Shown: positions 12,976-27,129, numbered from the stretch's first letter. The stretch: 64,000 nt of DNA from the human T2T-CHM13v2.0 reference genome, Homo sapiens (GCF_009914755.1 NC_060933.1), one strand, 5' to 3'. Translations and numbers: made by a program. The notes: generated from the sequence alone by a model not told the origin.

Positions 12976-14571
12976 TGCTTCCAAGCAGAATGTCTTATGG
13001 CTTTTAGAGAGGGGAATGTCCATGCAGACTGGCAAGGCTCAGCTTCCACGTGGATCCGTGGGGACCGTGCCAGCTCCCCGAGCCTGGTTTGCCTACTCGT
13101 TCGGATCATGCAGCTCTCTCGATTGTGAGGTTTACAATTTCTCAGTCTGCACAATGAAAGAAAACCCTAAGAATTCAAATCACTCCGTAAAGTCTAAAAA
13201 AGGAGAGGGGATAATTGCCACTGGAGTGGATGTTTATTTGTCCTGAAAAAAAAAATATTTTCACTGAATAAAAATTCTGCATAACATAGAACTCAGGGGA
13301 AGAAGTTGGCAGGTGCAGGAGATTTCTATTCTGTTTTCTTTTTATCTACTTTTCTAAGCATCCTTTCTATTTCCATGCTTTGAAAAGCATGGAAGAGAAC
13401 TCGGGCTCTGGGATAAAGAGAGAAAGAAGAATCCTCGAGTTACGGAGCCTGGCTAACCTCTTTTCTGTGAAGATCTGTGTGCTCTTTTGTGCAATAATGA
13501 AGAGATGGAAAGAAAAGAATTGTCCCCACATTATCCACCACTAGGCCAGCCAAAAGGACCTCTGACTAGGGAAGCAAAGCCACCCCAACACTGGCTAATT
13601 CCCCTCACTCCTTCCTTGCCAGATGGTGCTCTCAGAACATGACTGTCCCCTCTGTGATTGTCCATGATTTGAGGGTCAGGAGCCACCACAGGAAAAGTAT
13701 CTAATTCCACTTTCACACACTTGTAGTGTCAGCAATCCAAATACAGAACTCTATTTTGGCCACATTTTAACTACTCTGGCATCAGCACAGGAAAAGAAGC
13801 CCACCTGTTGGTATCAGTGAAAAAAATCTCCTAAGTCACTTCTCAGCTATGCTCATCCTGGATTCTTCACCTCATCAAACATCCTACAAGGTCTGGTGTT
13901 CCAAGAGGCCAATCTATACTGCAACTCTAGTCAGAGAGAACATTTGAAAGCATAGAATTCTTCTCTCCTAGTCTGTTTCCTAAATTGCCATCAAAGCAAT
14001 TTTCCCAAAGCATACACTTATTCATTCTACACATATATATTCAGTTACTATTAGGTGCTGGGTACTTTTCCAGGTACTTTTCTTGATTGCTGTGGCAAGT
14101 GCCACAGTAATCAAGGCAGGAAATACCTGCTTTTATCTAGAGGGAGGAGAAGATGTTAAACAAACCAACATATCTTATTTCTGATAAGTAATTGTAACAG
14201 AAAGAAACCAAAAGAGGGTAGTAGTGGTTGTGGGGTAGAAAGTGACTTGAGTGGGGTGATAGCTTACATGGTAAGTGTCATTTGAACCAAGGCCTGAGAC
14301 AAGAAGGAAATTGGCTGTGCCAAGAACTAAGCATTCTAGACAAAGAAAAGAGAAGATTCAGAAGATAGAAATAAACTTGGCAGTTGGAAGAACATAAAGA
14401 AGTCCCAGGAGGCTGAAAGATGGTGAGCAGAGGGAGAGTGGTAGGAGTTGGGGCTGGAGATTGAAGCAAAAGCTGGAGTGGCTGTGGTAGAAAAGGAAAT
14501 AAATAGGTAGACTCCAGACATATTTGGGAGGTAGAGCTGGCAGCATGTTCTGAACGAGTTGGCATGGGGAG

Positions 14572-14995
14572 TGCTACAGTTTGGATGTCTGTCCCCTCTG
14601 AATCTCACGTTGAAATGTAATCCCCAGTGTGGCAGTGTTGGTGGGGGTGCCTAGTGGGAGGTGCTCGGGTCATGGAGGCAGATCCCTCATGAACAGATGA
14701 ATGCCCTCCCTTTGCGGGAGGGAGTGAGCTCTCTCTGTATTAGTTTCCAGGAGAGCTGCTTGTTACAAAGAGCCTGGCGCCTCCCCATTTCCCTTGCTTC
14801 CTCTCTCACCATGTGATCTCTCACACCAGCTTCCCTTCCCCTTCTGCCAGGAGTGGAAGCAGCCTGTGGCCCTCGCCAGATGCAGATGCCCAATCTTGAA
14901 CTTTTCCAGACATCATGAGCCAAATAAACCATTTTTCTTTATAAATTACCCAGCCTCAGGTATTTCTTTATAGCAACACAACATGGATTAAGACT
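14572..14995 (+). mobile_element. MaLR solo LTR (MSTB-like)
   Basis: tgctacagtttggatgt start, aataaa and aattacccagcctcaggtatt end; perfect 5-bp TSD gggag (14567-14571, 14996-15000). Confidence 0.93.
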
Positions 14996-15494
14996 GGGAG
15001 TTAGGAAAAAACAATCAAGGATGACTCTGAGTTTTAGCTTCAGCAACTGAGTGGTGGGTAGTACCATTTTGAGTGGGAGCAGTGAGGGGAACTAAGTTGG
15101 GAGAAAAACAAGTGTTTTGCTTTGAATATGTCCCACATAAAGTAGCCATTAGACACTCAAGGGAAAATGTCAAGCAGGTGACTGGATACACAACTCCAGA
15201 GGTAAACAGAAGTTTTGAGCTAAAGATACTTATTTATGAGTCATTGGTTTATATACCCACTACTTAAAGCCCTGGACCACTTAGGGGAAAGGGCAAAAGG
15301 GGAAGAAAAGAGTCATGGGGCATTCCAGGATCCAGATGATTAGAGTGGAGGAGGAACCAGCAAAGGATAACAGGAAAGAGTTGCCGGTGAGGTGGGAGGA
15401 AAATAAGGGCAGTGCCACCTAATGAACCAGGTGAAGAAAGTGATCAACAAGGGAGATATTAACTGTGCCAAACGTTGCTAAAGAGTTGAGTTTA

Positions 15495-15798
<304 letters not shown>

Positions 15799-16034
15799 GG
15801 AGTGGGGGGTAGGGGGAAAAGAAGTGACCAGTGAGTTTGGCAAATGAAACCGCTGGTGATATTGACAGGAGCAGTGTCAGTAGAATGGTGGGTTGAAAAA
15901 GGGAATAAGATTCCCATCACAACCACTTTCCCATTTAAAACCCATCAATGGTTCTCCATCATATAAAAAGATAAAAACCACATTCCTTACCATAAAAGTG
16001 ACTTTCCACATCTAATACTATTAAGGAAATCAGT

Positions 16035-16400
16035 AGTTTTCAGGGTTCTTAATTGCAAAACAAAACAAAACAAAAAACAGAATTCACTTTAATTTATGAA
16101 AGCAGAACTGGGCTTATGAAAAGATATTAGGAATCTCACAAGATCTCCCTAAGGGAGGGCCCAAGAGCCATGCTTGGATGTTACCATGACCAGAAACAAC
16201 ACAAACAGGAGCCACACTGCCAGGAGAAACCTCATCCATTCCATGGAACGGTTCCAGCTTAATTGGACCTAGAAATCCCACATGGTTGCCCCAGAAGAAG
16301 CAGATGCCTCCACCACCATCTCTGTCAGAAGACCAATCTGTCCACACAGTCGGCATCTCCCTTTGCTCATTTTATCCTCCTGTTGGTAGGTCCTTGGCCA
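16035..16400 (-). mobile_element. Old MLT1-type LTR fragment
   Basis: tcagggttcttaattgcaa...aacagaattcact resembles reverse MLT1 (K/L/M) end; highly diverged. Confidence 0.45.
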
Positions 16401-16539
16401 CATGAGGAACCCTTACTGAGAAAGAGTCTGCAATCTACATTATCTATCTCACCTCCCAAGAGCTCTTTCCCCTTCTTTTGGTAACTATCTTGATTTTTGT
16501 TAGCCTAGCAGTCCACTGGCTTTGGAGGAAGCTGACTCT

Positions 16540-17032
16540 AGTCTCAACCCATGGATAGTACTTGCAACATGGCCCAGGGCAATGAGCATACTCCCCACTT
16601 CTGGCCACAATGATAGGTTTAGGGACAAGCATATGACCTAGCTCTGGTTAGTAAAATAACAGAGGCATTTACATGAGAAATTTCTGTGAAAGAAACTACC
16701 TTAATCTTCCAAGAGAGCTCCCGAAAGTCATCTTCACTCTCTGTTCCTGGATTGAAGCCTTGTCCCCAAGAAAGAACATAGCCCTGGGAGGGATTAGTTA
16801 CAACCAGCTTTGGGCTGGAGGGCCACCAGCCTAAAATGATGCTGACCCTGCTGAAGGCAGAGGAGAAAGACTGAAAGAAAACTTCAAGGAGATTACTAGG
16901 CCACTGAAATAAACCAATTCTGAAATCTTTCCCTACCTCTACCCTTTCCAGTTTCCTAACCTCCTAAATGCTCTTCATGTTTAAGCAACTTTGAACTCAT
17001 TTTGGTTAACAGCAATGAAACATTGTAACTGA
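16540..17032 (+). mobile_element. Old MLT1-type LTR (MLT1J/K-like)
   Basis: ctggccacaatgatagg...catatgaccta; end tgtttaagcaactttga...aactga. Confidence 0.6.
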
Positions 17033-17119
17033 GTCAAGCCCCAGTCGCCTATCTGGGCTCATTTCCTAGCATCACTCATATGATGTCATTCACTTTAAAT
17101 CTCCAAGCATTCTATTAAG

Positions 17120-17420
17120 ACTCTTCCTGCCGCCTGAATGTCTCTCCTTGCTTTCCTCCCTTGCTGCCTGCCTGCTTCCTACTCACCCTTAAGACCCAGC
17201 TACAGTGTCACCTCCTCCCTGAAGGACTCCCATATTCCCCTGCCCTCGCTCTATTATAGCATACATCGATGTCTAACCTGCATTACAGTAAATCTTGAAG
17301 GTGTGTGCCCCCTACATTAGATCATAAGCCCTTTGAGAGTCAGGACTGTCCCTCTATCCTAGGTGCCTTTCACAGAGTATGTGGCAGTGTCTTTGCATTC
17401 ATCAAGAGTTTGTTAATTCT
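17120..17420 (+). mobile_element. L2 3' fragment
   Basis: cctactcacccttaagacccagc...ttagatcataagccctttgagagtcaggactgt. Confidence 0.7.
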
Positions 17421-18488
17421 TCAGCAATTCCCAAACATGTGTGGACAGTAGTGATTTCCTCTGGTGCGGTATTGTAAATTCACATGGTGAGACAGGCTTG
17501 TACAGATTTTCTAGTCAATCCCCAAAGAACGAAGTCATCTTTGATGACAGCTACTCTTAAAATCACTGAGTCCTTACAGCTCATCTAATCTACCATTTCA
17601 TTTTACAAAGAAAAGAAAGCAAAGACCAGAGAAGGTGAAGTCATGGAAAGTGAGAGTGAAGCTCAGTCTTGAGACCCACATTTCCTCTTTCAGTGTCCAT
17701 TCTACAGCAGTAAGTTGCCTCTTTCTTATTGGCCCTGAGAGTTGAGGGTAAGCAGGACTGACCATCATTGAGCATCACTCTGGGCATCTTTCGTGTGTGT
17801 GGCCCACTCCTTTGCCACTCCCATCTTTTAAGAGTCCTCCTGCCCTCTGCCTCCCTCACAGTCAACTGGAGAAGCTACTGATGGGAACTATTAATATATA
17901 CATAGAGGACAATTGTCTCTCTCATCTTACCTTTGTCAGAAAGGGAAAGACCTTACTCCTCCCAAAGGAATTTCTGAGTTTGTATGAAAAAGAGGAGGGA
18001 TTCAGAAAAGGTAGGAAGATTTTCTCATGGCCTCTAAACCTTCAAACTCCTCTTCTGGAACATTTAATCCCTTTCAGAGCAGCCACTGACTGGATTTAGG
18101 AACAGTGGGTCAAGGCTCTCTTTCAAGTGAATTCCTCAGCTGCCCTTGGCCCCCTCCCTCAGACTCTGGCTCTCTCCTGCCCAGCACTATGCACTCATCT
18201 GACAGGCTTTGCTTTCCAAACTCTGGCTGGCCATTGCCTTCCAGGCAAATGATTACCGCTGCAGGGTCCTAGAGCAGGAAACACGGGATGGCACCCCCAG
18301 GAGTCAGGGAAGGCTTATGCACAAGGTGATTTTTTTTTAGCTCATTTAGCTCATGCTTTAAGGATAAATAACTTTGCCAAGTGAGGGAAATGTGAGGATG
18401 GTGGACTGGTGGGGAGAGAGTGAAGGACATCAAAGAGAACCTATGCAAAGGCATAGTTGTCAAAGGACTTGGTTTGTCTTGGAATGAT

Positions 18489-18974
18489 ATAGTGGGTTGA
18501 CTGATGCCAGCCCCCTCCCCAATGATATATCCATGTCCCAAAACCTGAAATATGTGAATGTGACTTTACTTTGGAAAAGGGTCTTTGTTGATGTAATTAA
18601 GTTAAGGAACTTGAAATGAGCTCATCCAGGACTATGCCAGTGGCCCTACATCCAATGACAGGTATCCCTATAAGAGAAAGAAAGAGGAAGACTTTAGATA
18701 AAAGAGAAGGGAATGACACACAAAAGGAAAGGCCCCATGAAGAAGGAAGCAGAGATTAGAGCGATGCTGCAATGCTGCCACGCCAAGGAATGCCTGGAGC
18801 CACCAGACGCTGGAAGAGCCAAGGAAGGATTCTTTCCCAGAGCCTCCACAGAGAACATAGCCCCTTGACCCTGATTTCAAATTCTGGCATCCAAAACTGA
18901 AAGGGAATAAACCTCTGTTTAAGCCACTGAAACTTTGTGGTAATTTGTTACAGCAGCCTCAGGAAACTCACACA
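18489..18974 (+). mobile_element. MaLR solo LTR (MLT1C-like)
   Basis: gccaaggaatgcctggagccaccagacgctggaagagccaagg; end gtaatttgttacagcagcctcaggaaactcacaca. Confidence 0.9.
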
Positions 18975-19233
18975 CATGGCCAGAGGTACATTGTGGCAGG
19001 AGTTCAGGATGCATTGCTGGGTACACCAGCAACCCCTCTATTCCCCCTTTCTATTATGTGTAGATCTGAGCCATGTTGTCCTTCCTTTACAAGCAAAGCC
19101 AGGCTTATTAGCAAAAACCAGCCATAATCATGAGGTTCCTCAAAGGGGCATAGTCAAAATATGCTAATGGAAGGAAAAGCCCTATCCTCAATAGGACTTG
19201 AGATGAGACTGACTCATTTTAAAAACAGACCAG

Positions 19234-19525
19234 AGCCAGTGCAATGGCTCACGCCTACAATCCCAGCAACTCACAAGGCTGAGATGGGAGGATTCCTTGA
19301 GGTCAAGGTTTCAAGACCAGCCTGGACAACATAGCAAGGCCCCATCTCTTTAAAAAAATTACCCAGGCATGGTGGCACCTATCTGTAGTCCCAGTTACTC
19401 AGGAGGCTGAAGTGGGAGGATCACTTGAGCCCAGGAGTTCGAAGCTACAGACAGCCGTGATCACACCATGGCACGCCAGCCTGGGCAACAGAGCCAGACT
19501 TTGACTCTTAAAAAAAAAAAAAAAA
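19234..19525 (+). mobile_element. AluJ SINE
   Basis: Diverged dimer with ggaggatcacttgagcccaggagttcgaagctac, poly-A tail. Confidence 0.93.
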
Positions 19526-21429
19526 GACAAAAAAACTCACTGCTTGCCTTGGTGAGGGGTACTCACCTCTTAGGTAATCATATAAAGAAATCATCCCAGC
19601 TCTCTCTGGAGGTAATCTGACTAGTACTGCAGACTCACAGTCACCCAGAGGACGACAGCCAACCCTCACCTCTCACTCTCTGGGCCCTGTGATGCCTGAA
19701 GCACTAAAGCTGGTCACTAGAGTTTGCAAGAGCTGAGAGAGAGCAAGGGCAGAACTGCCTCTTGGGCAAAGGTGTGAAGTGAGGAGCCCACACTGAAGAG
19801 GAAATAGTTTGGGGCAACTGGACTCAGTAGAGAAAAGAACCATCAGCAGAAAGGCAAACACCTTCTTCAGGTGCCTAATACTTTCCTTAGGTCTAAGACT
19901 TTTTCTTGTGTGGCATAAAATAACAATGAGCACATGCTCCAGCTTTTGTATCTTGGTGCTGTACGACCCTTCCTAGATCTGGAAAAGAACCTCCCAGAAC
20001 AGCACCATTGTCTGTTGTGTCTGGTGGGTCTGTTGTGTCTGATGGGTCTGGTGACAGCTGATGGGACAGCATGGAGGAGGGGAACACCCACAGGGAGAGA
20101 ACTGGCTTTAGGAGCCTCTATTCTCTGGGACTGGATAGGTGCTGCCTCCTGTGGGTGTTCCTATGCAAGAGAGGTCACCTTGGGCAATGACAGCAAGAAG
20201 ACCCCACTGGAACCAAGCTAGGAGTAAAATCAAGGCACTGAGCGTTTTCAGCCAGGAAGGGCATGATTAGATTTGCTTTTTATAGAGATCACTCTAAGAG
20301 CAGTGTGGAAAATGGAGTGGCTGGGAAGAAACTGGTAACAGAAGGATCACGTTCCAGAATGTTTAAATAACAGTCCAAGAGAAAGATGAAGACCAGACGA
20401 AGGCGGAGGCAGTGTGGGCAGAGCACCGACTGGAGAGGGGGTTCTAACTTGGGACACTGAGCAGAGAGCTGTTCTGTTAAACCAAGATCTGGACAGAAGA
20501 CAAGTGGCAGAATTCTCTGTCCCATCCCTGTTCCCAGCAACCTGGGATGCTGGGGCAGCAGGGCTTCTTAGAGATGAAGAAAATCCTGGACATTTCCATG
20601 TTTGATGCTTTTAGAATTTTAAATAAGAAGAGAAAAAAAATCAAAAACAGGGCCAAATAAACAGTGGTATCTCTTAAATATTTGCTTTTTTAAAATTATG
20701 GTTTTTAAATCACATGCATAATGCACTGTATGTCTGTTTACTCTTCAAAGACAATCATAGAAGCCCCTCCACCCCCACTTTTTTAAGCATCAATTCATCA
20801 ATTATACCATCAGGGCTCTAGTCCCATAAAGAGACACAATTTTCAGTCGTGTGATGAGAGTCTTCGCCCAGGCTTGGCAGTGCCTCCCTGAGACAGTGTG
20901 CATAACCCCAATTGGAGATGAAGTTAAAAATAGACATTGGAGGCTGGCCGTGAATATGAGGCCTGGGCATGTGGTCCTCTGTGATAGACACTGAGGCTAG
21001 CTGTGCATGCTCTGAGAGTCGAACCCTGAAAAAGTGCCCAAAGAAATAGTTACTCTCAAGGGGCTGGCTGGGAAGAGCTAGAAGCCAGAGAGACAAGGCT
21101 GAGAGTAAAAGCTGGAGGCAAAGGGGAAGAGCCGTGAAGTATTCCCAAGCCCACCAGCTGTCAGCCACATGGGTAGGGAGACGCTCTGGGAGTTTAAGAA
21201 GATAGCCTGGAACAGACTCACTCCCAAGCCCTTTAGCCAACTGGGCAAGAAGAAAAGCACATTCTGTAGGAACCCGGGGCTTCCAATCAGGTGGGAATTT
21301 GTCTCCTTCCCACAGCATTAGTTTGAGCCTTAAGTCCACTATCATGGCCCTTCCTGATTAGGGTTTTAACCTATATTTTCTTATTCTCTTATTCTTCTGT
21401 CTTTAACCCTGGCACATATCCTATGGGCA

Positions 21430-21630
21430 GTATTGAATAGTGAGAAAAACACTGGCTTTGAGGTCACACAGACCTAGCTTCAAATTCTTTGGCACAGTAG
21501 TACACTATTCTTAGCTTCAATTTCTCTACCTGTAAAATGGGAGTGATAGTACTAACCTCATAGGATTTGTTGTGAAGATTAACAGATAATAGTTGTGAAG
21601 GTGCCTTGTGATCTCAAAGCACCACACGCA
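21430..21630 (+). mobile_element. MIR SINE
   Basis: cttcaatttctctacctgtaaaatgggagtgatagtac...ttgtgaagattaa. Confidence 0.75.
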
Positions 21631-22069
21631 CTACCCTGCAAAGTCAGATCATCGTTATTGCAATTGGTGTGGGGAAAACCTTCTGGACTGAGGCACCAAA
21701 GCCTGGGCATTGTGGCCACAGAACTATGACTTGCAACCTAAGGTTTCACACAGCAACAGTCTTGGGACTACCCACTTCTTATGACTCAGTATTGTGGGAC
21801 ATCTTTTGCCCCAATTTCTCTTTTTCTACCACCCATAACCACCTGTCTCATTCCAGCTGGCTCTTGCATGACCTAATTTGGATCTGTTCTTTACACAGGC
21901 CTTGTCCTAAGCTCAGGCCTTCAGTAGCTTTTCACAACCACACCAGTCCAACATGGGCTTTTGCTTGGCAAAAGCCTCTGACCTCTACTGGTTGGTGAAG
22001 CAGAATGAGGAGAAATGCTATTACACTGACCTTCCAATAAATACGGCTCCCGCAGCCTCATGTGCAAGG

Positions 22070-22330
22070 CTTCCTGTTCATTCCTCATTGTTCTTCAAAG
22101 CCCAGCTAAGACATAATCTCCTCCAGGAAGGCTTCATGATGCCTCAGATGCTCTGAATTCTGGGTCTCATCTGCCTCTTCTAATAGCCCTGAGCACTTTG
22201 GGCTTTATTTACATTATAGTGATGTGAATTCATATAGATATTTCTACAACCCCCATGAGCACTTTGATTTACCTGTGTATTCCTTACAGTGCCAGACACA
22301 GAGTGGATGCTCAATAATATTTATTGAGTC
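22070..22330 (+). mobile_element. L2 3' end
   Basis: acagtgccagacacagagtggatgctcaataatatttattgag. Confidence 0.7.
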
Positions 22331-22418
22331 CATAGCAAACCCCCTCATTAAGGCTTTCTATTTACCAAAGGTACTTCACCACCCCCCGCCCCCCCCAAAT
22401 AATTTCAGTGCTTTATAG

Positions 22419-22625
22419 TAGAGGTCAGAAAGCTATGGCCCATCACCTGTTTTTATAAATAAAGCTTGACTTGAACACAGCCATGCGTTTTCATTTATTC
22501 AGCATACATCTCTGATTTTGTACCACAATGGCAGAGTTGAACAGTCATGATGGAGACCTTACATGATAGGGTGCAAAGCCAGAAATATTCACTCTCTGGC
22601 TTTGCAAAAATTTTGGTCAACTCTA
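22419..22625 (+). mobile_element. hAT-Charlie MITE (MER58A-like)
   Basis: tagaggtcag...aactcta ends, cctgtttttataaataaag...aacacagccatgc core; 8-bp TSD ctttatag / ttttatag. Confidence 0.85.
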
Positions 22626-23978
22626 TTTTATAGCACAGAAGTATAGGTTTCTTTATCTGCAATGCAGGGATAATAACGAACATCACAGAGCTGTTGGGAA
22701 GATCATAAACGATAACAGACGTAAAGTTTTTCTGTACATGGCATATACTCTTCCTGCCACATGGGGTCAAATTGAGGCTTGAAATCTCAAGTGATGATGG
22801 GTAAGTGTGAAGGTGGCCTATCCCACCAAAGCTGCTACCTGGTAAGCATACAGTGTTGCACAAACACGTAACTGAAATATCTGCCAACAATGAACCAAAC
22901 TCCAGCCTGCCCTCCAGAATAGACTCTCCCCATATGGCATTAATCAGATGGGGCTATGGCTGCTGGAGAGAATAAAATAAGCCCCTGAATGTTTTTGTTC
23001 CTTATTTATGATAAATGCTTTTAGAAGTCACTTAATTAGTGCCATTGGCAGATTTGCATAACTGCTGGTTATGGTAGATAAGAATGATTTTTTACTTGAT
23101 TTGACAGAGCTAACATGCAAACCCCAAAATATTTTCAATGAGCCTCCTAGCTAGTTATCAACATGAATCTTATACTTCCTAAGGTGGGCTTCTGAGTCTC
23201 GAGGAAGTGACATGTTTTAAGACTCGGGGGAAGTGTGGGTAATGGGATAAGCAGGCTTGGGCACAGCCCTGGGTTTATATGGAAGAAGGAGACATTTCAT
23301 TGCAACTGAGCTGGAAGAGGTATTCATCAAGAAGAGAGAGATGGGCTGGAATTTGAAGACCGTGCTACTTCTGGCTGGGATGGTGGGAGGTGAGCTGTTC
23401 AGGATCCATCTCACACCAAGTCTCTTCGTTTTGAACATAATGTGCTGCTGCCTTTGTCCAGCTGAGAGATTTCATCCATCTTAATGAGATATAAAGCCTT
23501 CTCCCAGAAAGGGGAAGTTGTGCTCCAAGCTCCTGAGCAAGTGAACATGGGCCTGACCCCAGGATCCCATACCCACTCAGATACCCTCTCCACCACCTCA
23601 TGCTGCAGGGGCACCTCAAGTTACTGAGCATCAGACCCCTTCACGGCCACCATCAAACTGAACCTGGAAAGGAGGCAGAGAGGGTCATTAATACTCTTGA
23701 TTGTGCAGAGTAAGAATCTGAGGCCCAGAAAACTGCATATGGACCCCACCTGTGGCATACACAGATGGGAACTCTGATCCCAGCCCTGCAGTCTTCTCCA
23801 CCATGCTGCCCCTAGCGGAGATGGCCTCCTGGTTCCTTGTTGCTGACTGCAGAACTCTGGGCTGGCCCTTCTGATCCTACTGCCAGCCACGTGGCTGGAG
23901 CTCTGCTCAGACCAGACTGTCCATCTAAGATTCCCCACCAGCTGCCTGATCCACGTTGCACTGACACCCAGGGCTTTC

Positions 23979-24065
23979 TAGGGCTGGGACTAGGGTGAAG
24001 CGAGTGAGCCATCAGGGTACAAAACTCAAGGAGGTGCTCACACTCAGGGTTGTGCAAATGCCATC
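23979..24065 (+). mobile_element. hAT-type DNA transposon fragment (MER96-like)
   Basis: gggctgggactagggtgaagcgagtgag...ctcagggttgtgcaa resembles the recalled consensus. Confidence 0.5.
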
Positions 24066-25029
24066 GCTTTCTTGTGAAGATTAAAGTAAAGTACTGCATA
24101 TAAAGTGCTTAGGTGCTGTAAAAGTATCTGATATTGTTTTTAGTAATAGTTGCACTAGTAATAGCAGTACTGAGAGGAGCTCTGTTTTTTCTTCTACGTG
24201 GAGATTAAATTAACTTTTTCGGTGAATAAGCTAAGAAATTTGTAGTTACATGAATGTGAGCTATTGTTCCAGAAGAATTTGCATGTCTTTAAGGGCTCAA
24301 ATGTTCCTAATGAGGACTGTTAGTTTTGTACCATTTCATGGCCCAAGTGACCCTGTGATCCCGCCCTGCCTTTCTTACATGCTAAGAAGTTTGGATTCCA
24401 CACTGGCACTAACAGGAGTCACTGACGGATTTTAAGCTGGAAGTGATACAGCAAATCTGTGCTTATGAAGATCCCTCTGGCAATGTGATCTCGAACCAGG
24501 CAGGGCCAGAACCAAAGGCAAGGAGGCCAGTTGGAGGCAGGTGAACCGTCCTGGCAGGAAACAATGAGGCCTGAATTAGGGTAGTGGTAGTAGGGACGAG
24601 AAAGGGCCAGGCAAGAGACTATGGATGAGGAAGTAAAATCTGTTCTTCACTCCTGGAAAAACAACTGTGAATCAGTGATACCATCTTTATCCCCAAAGGC
24701 AAACAGATCCTTCATTAGTGCTAGCAATTGAGAGCTGTGTGAGGTTTGGTACCCACTAGCTGCTAAACATGCATATAAAAGGAAGCACACCATATGCTAA
24801 GATGAGTTAATGCCAATTGGCCCCACTCAGATATATACTGCTTTAATTTTAACACTTCATTTGAACAAAAGTCTACTTCTAATGAAGCTAAGGATTCCCA
24901 AAGAGTTTCTTCCTGCTGGCCAATTTGACTCGATTTCTTTCCTTGGTGATGAAATGCCTCTTTCGATAGGTATGACCAGGATTCAGATGTCAATGAAATA
25001 AGATAAACAACGTCATGGACATATGAAAT

Positions 25030-25200
25030 TAGATGCCTTGGAAGATAGTGAGTTCCTTGTCACTGAAGGCATGCAAGAAAAAGCTAGACAGCCACTTGAT
25101 GGAGTTGTTGCAGCGAATATTCAAACATCAGAAGGTGAGTGGGATAGGGATGTTGGGCTTGATGACCTTTAAGAGCTTCCAAAACCATGAAATTCTAAGA
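25030..25200 (+). mobile_element. L3/CR1 3' end
   Basis: gtgagttccttgtcactgaagg...gatgacctttaagagcttcc...attcta. Confidence 0.6.
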
Positions 25201-25387
25201 GGTTGAATCAGAAATGTAGTTCTTGGTTGATCAGGGGAACCCCATAATTACAGCAGATCAGAATGAGGATCTAAGATTTTTCAAGCAAATCCAGAAGTTA
25301 TAACTACCTCAGGGAAAAAATCTGGATAACCCATCAGCCAAGATGGCTCAAGGACAGGAGAATGGAGATCATCAGAAGAAAAGTTCT

Positions 25388-25683
<296 letters not shown>

Positions 25684-26394
25684 ACAGCTTTGCTTTCAAC
25701 ATCATTTTGATGACCCTCGCACAAATGAGAAACTTTTTAGGGAAAAGAACTAGGAAAACACTTTGATTTTCTCTTCTATACAACTGACGTGTGTCTCTTT
25801 TCACTCTGGCCATCAGAAAGCTCAGAACTTAACTTGCACATGGAAATAACAATCCTGCAGACCCTTGGGTTCTGTTTGTCATCAGTGCCCTCTCCTGTCC
25901 CACCTCACCAGCCTTCTGGCCTCTTATTTTAATGTATATATTTTCTAGTCCTAATTTTGTTTTTAATCTATAGTTTATGTAATATGTATGTTTCCTATAA
26001 GCTACCTGAACTGTTCTGAGAAACGAGGAGGAAAAAAACAAGAAAATAAATAATAAACCACCATCAAGGAAATGAATTATTGGCTTTATGTGGTAACCTG
26101 TGAGGAAATTATCAGGGGCGCATTAGACTGAGAGCCATAGACTCGAGTAGTCAGCACTCCTCTGCCATAATGGAACTCCTCTCCACCCCTGGACTTAGTC
26201 TCCTCTTCCACAAAATAATGTCTGGAGTCCCGGCCTAGATTGAGCTTTGGCTCTCGAGATCTCCTTGCCTCTGGTTGTTCTGCTCAAGTTCCCAAGTACA
26301 TCTCCAGATACTGCCGCTCTACCAAGTTCAGGCCTCTCCTGGACTTTAAGTTCTCCTACCTATAGATGACATCCTTGATTTTATATAAATATAT

Positions 26395-26625
26395 TTTTAA
26401 ACAATATGCTTCTATATACTTACTGTGTTTCTTGTACTGTTCCGAATACTTCCCTGTAGTAATTCATGTAAACCTCATAATAATCTTATGAGAGAGATAC
26501 TATTATTATGCCCATTTTACAGATGTGAAAACTGAGGCCTTTAGAGGTTAAGTAAATCACTAGTAAATGACAGAACCAGATTCAAAATCTAGGCAACCAG
26601 GCTCTAGTTCATGCTCTTAACTATA
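26395..26625 (-). mobile_element. MIR SINE
   Basis: attattatgcccattttacagatgtgaaaactgagg...agaggttaagtaa. Confidence 0.8.
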
Positions 26626-27129
26626 TGTTCCCTCAAATCTAACCATGACTTTGACTCAGCTCCCAGACCTTACTTGGATTATTCACTCTTCTGTATTATT
26701 GCCTTCCTGTAATCCAATTAAACAAAGACTTTCCTGAGTGCTACTTGGGGTCAAACTCTGTGCTGGGACAGGAACCAGGCATGCATCCACATTATCCCAC
26801 CTATTATATTAGGATCTCTCTATCTGGGGACAGGAGTCAAACACGTACCCCATTCGCTAGTATCCAGAGGGAAATTAAATACATGCTGTGTGAAAGTTCA
26901 AGCAATGGGCTATGCCAATGGGACTTTCATTGACAGAGATGGAAATACAAAGGGATGGGAAGAGCATTGCAGGCAGGTAGAAAGATCTGAGACAAGCCCA
27001 GAGGCATGATAGTGCACGGAGTATTCAGGAAGGATATGAGGTTTTGAAAATGGTGACGTGGCTACATGGCATCACAGGGTATGACTCCTGGCTTTATCTT
27101 TGAACTGGTCTTATATCAACCTTTCCATT

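Noticed and set aside
20818-21345. Longest ORF (175 aa, minus strand)
   Set aside because: Non-ATG start, no recognisable domain, composition typical of antisense purine-rich non-coding DNA, no exon context
23805-23818. CTCF-like site (minus strand ccgctaggggcagc); similar near 57356 and 55650
   Set aside because: One G short of, or several mismatches from, the CCASYAGRKGGCRS core
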